Assembly (NCBI RefSeq): GCF_009914755.1
Contig: NC_060935.1
Source of the DNA: the human T2T-CHM13v2.0 reference genome, Homo sapiens
Length of the DNA stretch: 64,000 nt
Reading direction: 5' to 3' (one strand)
Both the position numbers and the translations under genes were made by a program. Below the pieces are notes generated by a model. The model worked only from the letters and a program-made list of their open reading frames with translations, was not told the DNA's origin and ran no database searches. Positions 11,001-25,421 of the stretch are shown piece by piece; the stretch's first letter is position 1; each line of letters opens with the position of its first letter.

Positions 11001-13639
11001 ATCATAATGTTTCACGCATCGCTGCACTCCAGCCCCAGAGGAGCGGCCCCCTCAACAGGCACCCACCAAATCCTTGCTGACTGCAGGAGCGATGATGTCT
11101 GGGGGACTCCAGGGGACCAGCAAGTGGGGCAGCAGGAAAAGCGGGCAGTGGAGAACTGGAGATGCTGGGAGAAGAGAGTACTAGGAGGACGGAGTGGCCT
11201 CCTGCAGGGGAGGGGAGCATGGGACTTAGGATGAGGGCTGGGGTGGCTGGGGGGGACAGTCTCTGATGGAACCACCTGCATAGGTTTGTGGGCTAAGGCC
11301 AAGAAGTCCTTGGGGAGTGGGGAGGGGCAGGGTATGATCACAAGGGGGAAGCAGCAGAATGAGACCTGAGACGGGGCAGATATTTGACACACTGGGAGAC
11401 TGAGGCCTGGGGAGGGGACATGGCTGCCCAGGCCACACCGCCAGTGACAGTAGCTGAGACTGGTACCTGGGCAGCTGAGGCCAAAGTGCAGAGGCTCAAC
11501 CTCCGCAGGACATCTGCAGAGCCGTGAGGATCTGCCGCGACTTTCAGGAGTTTTCTTTCTTTTTCTCTATTTGTGGAATTAAAATTAAATGCTCAAATCA
11601 GCTAGGGAAGCTGGAGCGCTGGTCCCAACCCCGACAGGACCCACGCCTCCCCATGCCCAGCCCCACCCCGGCCCAGGCAGGCCACTCTGGATTTCCAGGG
11701 CCCGACCCTTCCCTGCTCTGGCTGGCTCCGACTTCCAGGCCCCAGGCCCTGGGGAGGGAGGGCTCCAGACTGAATTCCTAAGGCCGGATGGTGCAGGGTG
11801 GGAAGACCCACCTCCTGGGAGGTTGCTGGTTCATGAATTCGAAGGATCCTCCTTTGAATTTTCAAGAGGTGACACCTGAGACCTGCGAGAAAAAGAGCAA
11901 AGCTGCCACTGCCTGGGAAACCCAAGGCCAGACAAAGGCAAAGGCAGGAGGCTGGTCAGGGCCCAGGAGTGGGGCGAAGCTGGGGGGCTTCAGGAAGAGT
12001 GGGCAGGCCAGGCCCACGTGCTCTCAGCTATCCTGGAGGCCCAAACTCATGGGCCCCCAGGGCCCAAATGCACCCTTCACAGCACTCCCTAGAGAAAGGG
12101 GCAGGAAGGAAGGGGCAGGCCCTACTCCAAAAGTCGGGACCTAGAGCCTGCTGGTTCCCTCCAGGTTCAGTGCAGGGCTCCCAGCATTGAACTGAGGAGG
12201 GGACCACACCTCATCCAGGGGAACAGATGAGGTCACCCAGGGAGAAGAAGGGTAGAGAGAAAAGAGAAGAAACCAAGGAACCCCCAAATCCCAAGGACCG
12301 GTGCTGGGAGCCCCACATTGAACTTGCTGGGGAGGCTTACAAGTAGGTGCCATAGAAGACCAGAGACCTACCCAGGCAGGGGTCTGCATCCTGTGACCAT
12401 GCCCTCACCTGGGACCTCAAGGGGGATGTGGGCATCGGACTGCCCCAGGCACTTGGACTGCTGCTGTGTGACCATGGGAGGCTCACAGCCCTCTCTGAGC
12501 CTGGGCATCCAGGAGCAAAGTCCCTTGGAGTGAGTGATCAGCACCTAGCGAGGACACGCTTCCTTAAAGAGTTGCCCATATCCTTACCCTGGGCCAGATG
12601 TTAGGAATTTGAGCTGCCGGCACAGGTCAGGGGCCAGCTCGGGGCAGGCACGGGGTGGGAGGGTCCACCCAGGAGCAAACTGCATTCTTGTAGGTTTTTT
12701 TTTTTTTTAACGGTCTGCCCTCTTGTCCTTCCCCTTTTGTGTTTGTCCCTTTCTTCTTCTGCCACCCTCTTCTGAGGCTTTTGGTATCTTCAAATTAGTT
12801 GAATGCTGGGACGACAACGGGTTTGGAAACACACAAGTCAACTCTAATTTGATCCTCCACATTTGGAGGAAGAGACAAGACTTTTGTCCCCCCGGGGCAG
12901 TGCCTCCGCCACCGCAGTGACGTTTCAGAAGTCTTCCAACAGCTCAGATTCTCTGGCAGTCCCTCTTTGCATAATCCACCGGAATCTGCCAGACAAAAGC
13001 CACTTGGGAGTGAATTTGGGATATAGGCAACATGGAGGAAGGTGTTCTGTTGAGACAGATGTTCTCAGGATATCCACAGCCTCAGATCACACCAAGAAGA
13101 GCAGGAGCTCATGTTTGGGCTCTGAACCCAAACCAGCAGCAACTTGAACCAGAACGTGGGGCTGGGATTCCCCCAGGTGTGGGCTTGTGTGGGCTTCTGG
13201 GCAGCCCCATCTCAACAGAGTGTTGGGAAACCGAGCTAGGTCCGTCTTGCCTGTGGGATGGCAGGGGTGCCTCTGCTCCAGCAAGGTGTGGCGGCCGCTG
13301 ACCACTCGGCCAGGAGTTCTGGCTGCCCATGGTGCAGAGTGTCCAAGCATGACCCAAGGGGTCTTCCCAGCCTGGGGCCACTGACGGGCAGGTGACGCAG
13401 ATACCTTGCCTGGCTTGGTGCACCTACAAATTGTATCCTGGATTTGTTAGCCATTCAGCAATGGTCTGCTAAATGATGAGAACAAGCCGGCACCCCAGGA
13501 ATTGCAGGTGTAACAGCAAATGGGATAAAGACGCCGCCCTCACAGGGCTTACCGTGGAAGAGATGGGAAATCCAGACCCACAGCTAAGGGCAGGGCCAGA
13601 GGGTGCTGAGTGCTGGACGAAGTGAGACGAGGGAAGCGG

Positions 13640-14010
13640 GTGTGGACTGAATTGCAACCCCCCTCCAACAAGATGTTTGTGTTGAAGTCTTAACCCCCAG
13701 GACCCCGGAACATTTCCTGATTTGGAGATAGGGCCTTTACAGTGGTCACCAAGTTCTGAGGAGGCCATTAGGGTGGGCCCTAATCCAATATGACCGCAGT
13801 CCTACTAAAAGAGGAAGTTCAGGCACAGAGGCCGCATGGGAGGGAAGCTGATGTGGAGAGGCATGGGCCACCTGCAAGCCAAGGAGAGAAACCTGGGCCA
13901 GTTCCTTCCCCGCAGCCTCAGAAGGAGCCTGCCCTGCTGACACCTTGATCTTGGACTTTCATTTCTATCAGTTAAGCTGCCTGGTCTGCGGATCTTTTGG
14001 CCTAGCGTAT
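13640..14010 (+). mobile_element. MLT1A/B MaLR LTR
   Basis: 'tgtggactgaattg', 'tttggagatagggccttta', 'gggtgggccctaatccaatatgac', 'ctgacaccttgatcttggactt'. Confidence 0.85.
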
Positions 14011-14059
14011 GGGGCTTGTACTCCACACGTCTCCCAGGGCTCTGCAGGCCAGCACCGGG

Positions 14060-14170
14060 GACCCCACCCATGTTATGCTCCACTTTCCAGGGAGGGAAAC
14101 TGAGGCTCACAGAGGTGAAGTCACCCTGACAAGCCCCACAGACCATGGCCCAGGCTTGCTAGACTCTAGG
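14060..14170 (-). mobile_element. MIR fragment
   Basis: 'ggaaactgaggctcacagaggtgaagtcacc'. Confidence 0.65.
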
Positions 14171-14626
14171 GACAGAGCCCTTCTTCCCCTCAATGAGGCC
14201 ACTGACCTCTCCAGGTGAACGTTGTTGGTGCAGCAGGGCATGAACCAGCTCACGTGCCTGGCCCACTGGCCAGACCACAGCATGGCTCTAGCTGCCCTGT
14301 CCCTGGCTGCATTGCTCACAGCCGACAGGGGCAGACAGGTGTAGACACAGCCGCCCAGCCCTGCAGCCCGGCATCCCAGGAATGTGGTCAGCCACCCACA
14401 CCACTGCCCCCACCCCAGCCAGGCGTGCTGTGTCAGCCCTGGGCCCTCCTGCCCTTCCCTCCAAGCCCCGCAGGTCGCCCAACTCCCAGGGCGGCTGCAT
14501 TCACTGTTCATCCCCCAGGGGAAGAAAGGCCGGGACCAGGGGCTGGCCCTGGGCCTGCACCAACCAGGGATCCTGCTCTAAGGACCTGACAGCTGCTGCT
14601 TTGCCCTTAGAGGAAAGGAGACCTTT

Positions 14627-14655
14627 AGAGAGACAGGAGGAAAGAGAGAGCAAGA

Positions 14656-14694
<39 letters not shown>

Positions 14695-14760
14695 AGAGAG
14701 GGAGAGAGAGAGAGAGACAGAGAGAAAGGGAGAGAGAGAGACAGAGAGGCAGAGACGGAG
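14627..14760. repeat. (GA)n-rich polypurine microsatellite
   Basis: Directly visible. Confidence 0.95.
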
Positions 14761-16654
14761 AACACTCCAACCCAAATATCCTGTCCCAGTTTTGAGCACA
14801 GCTTGGAGGTGTCCCCCTGCTAGGGGAGGGGTTCCAGACTCCAATGTGTCTCTTTAGTGAAGAATGCCCTGAAAGCCTTCTAGAGAATTGTGGGTGCTTC
14901 TCCCACCCACCCCATCTTGTTGGGAGCCTTGCTGATTGAATACCTGGCTCCCCTGAATATGTCTCGGGACACTGCAAGTCAGAGGGCGGGCACAAGTGCC
15001 GGCACCAGGCTTCACCGCCACAGTGACCCTCAGGGTGGGTCTGGGGGGCAGAAAGGTCACGCCCTTCCTTTGAAGACAAGGGGCCAACGGGGGTGGGGAG
15101 GGGTCTTCCCTCTGAACACCTCCTCCTCCCCTCTCTTGCTGCACTGGGGCCCCAGCGGCTGCCTTTCCTCATACAAACCAGGTTGTACAGCCTGATCCAC
15201 TAGGGAGAGCCTGGCGTGGGGGCAGGCGAGTCCTGACTGCAGGGGAGACGTGCAAGTGAGGAAGGGTGGTCCTGAGGAAGGGTGGTCCGCAGGGAGACTT
15301 CAGCCTCCAGAGACAGGTGGCCGCAGCTCCCCTAAGTCGCATCCCATCCCCTAGTCCAAAGCGCAGTGTCTGGTCACAGTGAGGCCCCAAAAAGGCTGGG
15401 CCTGTGTGGACACACTTCTCGCTTATTGCTTCCACTAACCCCACAAAGAAGACAGCTCCATTTCACAGATGAGGAACCTGAGTCGTGAGAGGTTAAAAGA
15501 CTAGGGTGAGGGCACGGGATTGCAGTGGGCAAAGCCAGGCTCCTTGCACGGTGCGCCCTGGCACTCACTCAGAGGAGGCTCTGAATACAAAACCAGGATT
15601 GCACTGAGATAGCCCTGCTGTTTCCGCGTGGACGTGGAATGAAGTCAGCCCTGGCGATGCCAGAGAGAGACAGGCGGAGAGACGATCAGAGCCTCCCGGC
15701 TCCTAGTGGCTCAGGTGTGGCCCGGTGTGAAAACCTCAACCGTCCCAGAATTGAGGGGTTGAAGGCTCCTCTTGTTCCCTGATCAGCCAGACATTGGCTC
15801 CGGGACCAAGGCGGGGCCCACGTAGGGTCTGGTTGGTGGGGTGGGCCTGCCCATGGCCCTGACAGCCCCCGTTGTCCTAGGCAGGGAGTGGGGGACAGGT
15901 ATTCAGGGCCTGGAGAGGTATTCCCAGGACAGGCGGGCTGTGGGGTGTGTGGGCGCTCCCGGGAGGTCCTGGCAGCCGCTGAGTGCAGACCAGGCCTGCA
16001 GACAAAGGAGAGAGTACAGACACAGTCAGCCCCCAGACCCACCGCCAGCGCCCGGGTGCACTGGGCCCTGCGTCTAAGGAAGCCCCTTACCCCTTGGGTT
16101 TGCCTCTTTCCTTTGGAAACACAGCAAGACAGACCAGCCTGATTTCCTGCTGCACTCTGTACAGACGTCCCCACACGCCCCCAGGGTCCTCCCAGGGACC
16201 ACCCCAAGGCTCCATCTCCCCCTCCACCCCTTGCAAGACACATATTTACACCCCCTCCCAGGACGACCTCTGCATCCCTGAACCTAGTGGGAATCCATTA
16301 GCCCACCTTTGTCCTGCAGGGAACTCTCTCACTCCCAGCCCTAGAGCCCCTGCTGGCTCCTGCTGTCTGCAGAACAAAGCCCTGAGACCTCCCACACCTG
16401 GCCCTCCCAGCCTCCTCCTGAGGCACTCAGCCCTCCACCCCCAAGGCCTCCAGCACACTTGTCATCTTTCCCCTGGAGGCCCCACACCCTGCCAAGGTCC
16501 TGCACCTCCCTGCATCTGAGCTTCCCACGTGGACTCCCCTTTCTCGCAGCAATGACTCCCCTTAAGACCCAAGTTAGCACCCCCTCCTCCAGGAAGTCTT
16601 CCAGTTGTCCTGGTGGTGGCTTCTGCCTGTCCCTCCTACTTAGAGCCCTGGAGT

Positions 16655-17265
16655 GGCTGAATGCTGCACCCATTCGCCCCCGCAACACCAAAGAGTACGG
16701 CCAGGGAAACCCGTGAGTGTGACCTTATTTGCAAAAGGAATCGTTGTGCATGCAGGGAAGGCAAAAGATCTTGAGATGAGATCATCCTGGACTAGGGTGG
16801 GCCCTAAATCCAATAACAAGTGTCCTTATAAGAAGAAGAAAGGACAAAGAGAGACCGGGGAGAGGGTCTGCTGCGTCAAGCTGGCTTTGAGGCCGAGCAA
16901 GGAGCCAATGACCTTGGGTGGACCTTGGCCACACCTTGGCTGTTGACCCCGGCCCAGGCCCACTGCTCCCACCTCTTGCTTTCCTCAGAGAGGCCCATGA
17001 AGAGCAAGGCCACATGATGATGGAGGCAGAGGGTGAAGCGATGAGGCCACAAACCAGGGAACGCCAAGGGCGGCTGAAGCTACCAGAAGAGCCAGGAGAG
17101 GAACCAGGGATGGGTTCTTTGCCTTACAGCCCTCAGAGGCGCCAACCCCGCTGACACCTGGATCTCCATTCCTAGCCTCCAGAACTGTGCAAGAGTACGT
17201 TTCTGCCTCTTTCTGTAGGAAACCACCCAGGGTGTGGTGATTTGTATGGCAGCCCCCGACACTCT
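16655..17265 (+). mobile_element. MLT1C-type MaLR LTR, apparently interrupted at ~16860-16990
   Basis: 'gtgaccttatttg...gatcttgagatgagatcatcctggactagggtgggccctaaatccaat' and later 'ctagcctccagaactgtg...gtgtggtgatttgtatggcagcc'. Confidence 0.75.
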
Positions 17266-17532
17266 GGCAAGCTCCATCCCAGCGTCCCCTCCTCCCATCA
17301 GCTGTGACCTCATGTTCCTCTCCTGGACTCTGTTGGACTCATGGCAAGAATATCTCAATAAACGCATGTTAAAGGAATGATCTGTCAGGGGTGCTTCACC
17401 ACCTCATGCTTCCATCTGAAGACTCAGCTCCTCCCAAGGGCTTATCTGGATGGTTCATCCAACTTCTTGCAAGCATAATAAGAGCAGGAAGCCAGGTGCG
17501 TAAGAATGATGTACTGATCAGGATTCTGGTTA

Positions 17533-18135
<603 letters not shown>

Positions 18136-18286
18136 TCACTCACAGATCTATCATGTTGCCCAGCACCATGGAGGATGGCTCACAGTCCATTCAGCCAGGG
18201 TATGGCATGGCCGGACCTAGCCACAAGAAGGCTGGGAAATGAAGCTTTCGTCAGGCACCCGCCGCCCAGCTCAATCTGCTCTCTGT

Positions 18287-18620
18287 AGAGCAGTTCTCAA
18301 AGTGTGGTTTCAGGAGGTCTGAGAGGTTGCAGTTAATTTCATGAAGACACTGAGGCATGAATTGTCTTTTTTCCTTTCATTCTCTCATGACTGTGCAGTG
18401 GAGTTTCCCAGAGGCCATAGGACCCATGATGACACTGTCACTCTGAGAGCTAACAGAATGTATGCTTGCAGAATCATGCATTTTACAAATTTCTATGTTT
18501 TCATTTCTAACTCAGTAAATATCAGTAGATAAAACCCATATCAACAAAATCTCTCTGGGGTCCTCGATAACTTTTAAGAGGCAAATGGGTCCCAAGACCA
18601 GAAATTTTACAAACTGCTGA
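18287..18620. mobile_element. hAT-Charlie family non-autonomous DNA transposon (Charlie1-like)
   Basis: Ends 'gcagttctcaaagtgtgg' and 'aaattttacaaactgctg'. Internal 'gtggagtttcccagaggc' and 'ggggtcctcgataacttttaagag'. Confidence 0.7.
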
Positions 18621-18675
18621 ACTAGAAGGTTAAAAACAGATACTGGGCATTAGGCTGGCAGAAATAGATGCTACA

Positions 18676-19210
<535 letters not shown>

Positions 19211-20499
19211 ATAGATGCTACAACTGGAAATCTACATGAATTTGTCAGGCCGCCCCCTGCTGCATACTCATGGCCTCACGAATCTACCTGGGAGACCAGA
19301 GTCTGGCTCATAGAAATTTGGGAGCAGGTACATTTCTCACCAGTTCTGATCCTAACCACTGCAGCAATGAGTCAGTGCCTGCCCCAGTGTTTAGTGATCT
19401 GCCCGCATTTTTTTGCTGAAGCCTCCTCACACCAGTCCCTGTGGGCGTGCAGCATCTGGGTGTGCCTTTCCCCTATGGCATCAGGCAGAGATAGGGTCCA
19501 GTCCTGGTCTCGCCACTCCCAAATTGTGGGACCCTTTGCAGATTACTCTGAACCTCAGTTTTCTCATCTTTAAAATGGGGCTTGTCAAGGGGTCACAGGA
19601 AGCTGTTTGCACAGTTCTAATTTGGAAGTTCCATAAAAGGTCACCCCAGCCATGCTCAGGGTAGGTGTGTTGGCAGAGAAGTCCCTGCCGGGGAAGAGTC
19701 AAGCTTCTGAAACACTCCGGAATCTCACTCTGCATCTCACCAGCCTTCCATGACTCCCCAGGGCTTGGGACACCTCCTCACTTTGGCATTCGAGGCCTTC
19801 CTCATCCTGGCCTCAACCCACCTTGCAAAAGCACTTTCTAGACAGCTTTGAATTCTGGCTTCTGCTGAGTCTAATTTTCCCGAGTAGGGGGTCTTCCCCT
19901 GAAGAGCAGGCCCATTCTGTCAGCCACACAATCACTTCATCTGGGGAGGTGAGGCCGGAAGCTGGCCCATTAACCACGCTCTCCCCAATGAGCATTTGTA
20001 AACACATGCCTTCTTTATAACATCAGCAAACAGAACATGTTTTCCTACTTAACAGGAAATGCAGCGGAATGGCTGGGTTCCCCGACAGGGGCCCCAGCCG
20101 CTTCATGCACGTGGCATATGAAGCTAGGACAAGGCCAGTGACCAAGAGGGGTGGCCAAAGCCCTCTGGTTTGCAGGCGAAGTTCCCAGCAGTTTGCACGT
20201 GTCCGCCCCCCCCAGCACTGGCCAGGAAGGGGCCCCACCTCCTCCCACGGCCCTGTCTTTGTCCCCAGCAGGGCTGCCTGCTTACACGGAAAGGCTGCCG
20301 TTCTTTCCCTGGAACTGGAATCAGCCCGGGCTATAGGCAAAGAAATTCATTTCTAACTATGCAAGCCCTTTCACTGTCACAAGACCTTGAATGTCAACCT
20401 TGGAAGCCCAAGGGCTATTGTCAGGAGCTCCAGCCAGGCCTCAGATTGACACAATTGCACCAGAACCCTGAACAGTCTGGGGGAAAGAAAAAATCCCCT

Positions 20500-20905
20500 G
20501 CTCCTCCTCCCTCGGGGGGAGGCGGCCCCCGCAAGGTAGGCGGTGGCTGCAGGCAGCTGAGGCTGCGCCATTCATGGCTGCAGGACCGAGGCCCCACGCG
20601 GAGCGGAGACCAGGCGGCCACAGCCGCTGATTGGGCGTCGCGGCCGGGGGTTCAGCCAATCGGCTGTTTGGGAAGCGGGGCCATTCATGAAAGCGCAGCG
20701 GAGAGGAAGCGCGGGGGCGGGGAGCCCGGGTTATCACCGCGCCCCGCCAGCCCCATCACGGCCGCCGTGCCTTCTGCCGGGCCATGCTGCGGCTCGAGCG
20801 GCGCTGGCTCCTCGCAGGGAAGACCCCGGCCAGAGGCTGCGGAAGAGGCCAGGCTTTCTGGAAGCGCCTCCCAGGCAGGGCCTGGCAGCCGAACGCCGCT
20901 TGCTT
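20500..20905. promoter_or_regulatory. CpG island / promoter-like element with two CCAAT boxes and a GC box
   Basis: High CpG density. 'ctgattgg' (ATTGG 20630-20634), 'agccaatcgg' (CCAAT 20656-20660) and 'gggggcgggg' at ~20713. Confidence 0.7.
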
Positions 20906-21499
20906 CGGTCAACTGTGGCCATGAAGTCATTTTTTTCCCCTGCTGATTGAAATCATCTGTTTTCAGTTCCCTGACAAATTCATTGAGTTCCCTCTGAGGC
21001 TGGGGCCCCTCGGCTGCTGAGTCTCAGTCTGTAGCTGCGGCCCAGACCCACACAATTTCATCTTCTTGGATTTACATGGTCTCCGGTTTCCAGAGCCCCA
21101 GTGAAAGACGCATTTGTGTGGGAGATGTGGGGTTGGGTTTAGCAGCCCTGGTCCTGGGGAGAATGCTTCTAAGATGGCTATCTGCTGGGCTCTGGGCCCC
21201 AAACCCTGGCCCTCGGGTCTGTAAGGTTCCTGGGGCCCCAGATGACGGCATGGCCAAGAACGGCGCAGAATCCTCCACATCAGCTCTCTGAAAAGGGAAA
21301 TGGCCCAGTGGAATGCTGGCCTCTCCCTGCAGGATGAGCACTCATTTCCTCTTGGGATCTAGCAAGTAGCTTAAAAATACACTCATGCAAAGGGCCCACA
21401 TAGAGCTATACCTGTGGGGAGGGGAGGGGTCTGCTTTTGCATGTACCTCAGGGAGGTGTGGGGTGGCAGCCTGCTGACAAGGGCCCCGACCCCACCGCC

Positions 21500-21645
21500 T
21501 TGCCTGTGTCCTCCTCTATAAAATGGGCGTAGGAGCACCTAGCCCTTGGTCATGCACGCGCCCAGGAAAATCACAAACGCAGGGGCCCAGCACAGTGCCT
21601 GATACGCGGCGAGAGTTTAGTCACCGACGTCGGTTGTTGGTGGTG
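21500..21645 (+). mobile_element. MIR 3' part, CpG-rich
   Basis: 'ctctataaaatggg' and 'cccagcacagtgcctg' are MIR landmarks. Confidence 0.6.
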
Positions 21646-21708
21646 ACGTGAGCAGTGACATAGAGGACAAAAGCGATGCTCAATTCCATTTCCGGGCGCG
21701 ACACAGCT

Positions 21709-21722
21709 CCGGCAGGGGGCGC
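21709..21722 (+). promoter_or_regulatory. CTCF core motif match
   Basis: 'ccggcagggggcgc' fits CCRSYAGRKGGCRC at every position and lies in a CpG-rich context. Confidence 0.6.
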
Positions 21723-21936
21723 TGGGCTCTGGAGCCCTGGGGACCCCTGCTTCTCACACCACCGTCACCCCCAGCCACATACCTGAGCCACTGGGAGCAT
21801 GAGCACCAGGGAACTTTTTCTCAATGGAAAGATTTCTTCACAGCAAGTGTTTCGCAAGCCTCTCTGAGGCTGTCAGTAATGAGTCCTTACTTCTTGACTT
21901 CCAAGTGTGTTACATAAGCCTAAGAGGTTGGTCAAA

Positions 21937-21940
21937 ACAC

Positions 21941-21996
<56 letters not shown>
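21937..21996. repeat. (CA)n microsatellite
   Basis: Long, nearly pure CA run. Confidence 0.97.
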
Positions 21997-21998
<2 letters not shown>

Positions 21999-22657
21999 TG
22001 TGGCTGGAGAGAGTGGACGGGCAGGCTCTGCAGCTGTTCAAACTTTCTCGGCCACCTTCCCAGGCCATGAGGACTCCCCACTCATGGGCCTGTCGGAACC
22101 GTGCTGGGGAATGTGAGGTATGAGATCCGGGAGAGGAGAGCCCAGTAAGCCAGGGCTGCGGGGGAGACGGAGGGCGGGGCCCGGACACGGGCTTTTCCCA
22201 GCGGCCAGCACCCCTCCCGCAGGACCTCGGGTTCCACCCCAGCAGCCTCTGTTTGGTGGGGGGCAGAGAAGGGTGCCCCTGCCTGTGGGCCCCTCACGTT
22301 GGCTCTGCAGCACCCACGCAGGAAGAGGGTGCACACAGAGGGACGCGGACACCAAGGCCTGGGGTTGGACAAAATTGTTGCCCGCCACAGCTGGTCCCTC
22401 CACAGGCCACATAAGCCAGGGAGTTGGGGGCTGCCCGGCACAAATAGAGGAAGCAGACAGAGGAGCTGGGCGGCCTGGGGCAGCCGGATCCTACCACTCC
22501 TCATTTCTGCTCTGGGCTGGACCGGCTTCCCTTTTCTTCTGTTGTTTTAAACGGTTGGTGTTGGGATAGAAAGGCCCATGGGTCTCCTTCTGCCTCTGCG
22601 TCCTGGCTTCCACAATGCAGACAAAACTTAAAAATTCTCAGGGGCTTCTCATTTTAG

Positions 22658-23449
<792 letters not shown>

Positions 23450-24073
23450 CTTCAGATAACCAACGTTTGTCTTCTTCTTGTGCCACACATGCAAGGAGTG
23501 AGGGCCCGCTCCAGACGTGCTCCAGGGACCCAGGCTGATGGAGGATCGAGTCCCACCCAGACCTCCATCATCATGGAGGCCAGATGCACGAGCTGGTTCT
23601 TAAAACTTCTGCTCACAAGTGACTGAGACCTCTTCCACTCACATTTCACTGGTCAATCAAGTCATGCCACCACACCTGATTTCAACGGGGATGAGAAGAA
23701 CAATTCTATTTGCTCAGAAAGCAGAGATCTGGAAATTTTCGTAAACAGTCTTTAGTCTTCAACCATCCAAGCTAGAAGACCTGGTTTCTGGGCCCCTCCT
23801 TTGCCACCAACTAACTTCGTGTCCCCCCGGCAGGCCTCCTCCCTTCTCTGGCCTGTAGATCCCCACCTGCAAAAAGGTGTGGAGCATGTTCCTCAGGTTT
23901 TTCTGGGCCTGAGAACAGCACCACTATCATGGCCTCTGCTTTTCCTAATGGGGGACAATGAATTTATTTCCACTGCTCTTCCACGGAGCAAGGACAGGAT
24001 GACATTCAGGCCAGAGCATGACTCAGCCTTTGGGGAGTCTCCCAAATATCCCAAGTTTTGAACCTCCACATTC

Positions 24074-24367
24074 TTTTTTTTTTTTCTGAGATGGAGTCTC
24101 TCTCTGTCACCCAGGCTAGAGTGCAGTGGCGTGATCTTGGCTTACTGCACCTCCACCTCACAGATTCAACAATTCTCCTGTCTCAGCCTCCCTAGTAGCT
24201 GGGATTACAGGTGTGCACCACCACGCTCAGCTAATTTTTGTATTTTTAGTAAAGACAGGGTTTCACCATGTTAGCCAGGCTGGTCTCGAACTCCTGACCT
24301 TAGGTGATCCAACCACCTCGGCCTCCCAAAGTGTTGGGATTACAGGCGTGAGCCACGCCGCCTGGCC
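24074..24367 (-). mobile_element. AluS with 15-bp TSD
   Basis: Full dimer. TSD 'tgaa(c/g)ctccacattc' at 24059-24073 and 24368-24382. Confidence 0.95.
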
Positions 24368-25269
24368 TGAAGCTCCACATTCAACTGTTACTCTGGGAAT
24401 GGTGTGTGGGCACAGCTGCTGCTCCTGCCAGCCAGGCATGAGTTTCCAAAGCTGGACCCAGGCTTGGTTCTGGTTGGGGCTGGGTGGAACTCCCGGGAGG
24501 GGAGGAGAGAAGGGAAGTTGGTTAATGATGAGGGATAAAGTGGGCAGGAGAAAATGGGCTGATGGTACAGCTCATCCAGCTACTTGTCCAGGCCCCGTCA
24601 GACCATCAGAAGGGGGTCGACGAGGGAGTTCCAGTGGCCTTGGAGTCCTGTCCTCCTTGCTGTTCTTGGAATTGCTTGGATATTTCACAGCCTCAGGGCC
24701 TTTGCAGGGTCTGTGGCTTCCCTGAGGTGTCCATGTGCCCCTCTGCCTCACCTCCTTCAAATCTCAATCTACTTTCAAGGCCTTCCCCAACCACTCTCTC
24801 TAAAACAGCAATCCCTCCCCTCAGCTCTGGGGGCTCCCTGTGTCCCCACTGCCTGGGATTGTCTCCACAGCTGTGATCTCCTTCTAAATGACTTTGGAGT
24901 TTTATTCATTTTGACTATGAGGTTTCCACTCTCCAGAAGCTGAGCTGCGTCAGGACAGGAGCTTTCGCCTATTTTGTTCTCTGCATCACCCCTGCACCTG
25001 GATGAGAGCCTGGTGGGTAGTAGGACCTCTGTGCATGGTTGCCAATTGAATGAATTTATATCGCTGAGGCCAGGGAGCCACAAGCTACCTCTGAGTCAGC
25101 TGTTAAGGAGGAAATATAAACAAACTCCAGGCCCAGCCATGCCAACCATGCCAGCCGTGCCTGACAAGCACTGTGGCTGCACGGAGCCTGCTCAGGTGTG
25201 CAAAGGCTCACATGACAGTGCAAAGCCTCCTTGCAGCTCACCTGGCCATCTGGGGCACAGCAACACTCA

Positions 25270-25421
<152 letters not shown>

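Noticed and set aside
20170-20946. Longest ORF (258 aa)
   Set aside because: Non-ATG start. The G/P/A/R-rich composition is expected from stop-poor CpG-island DNA, and no domain is recognisable.
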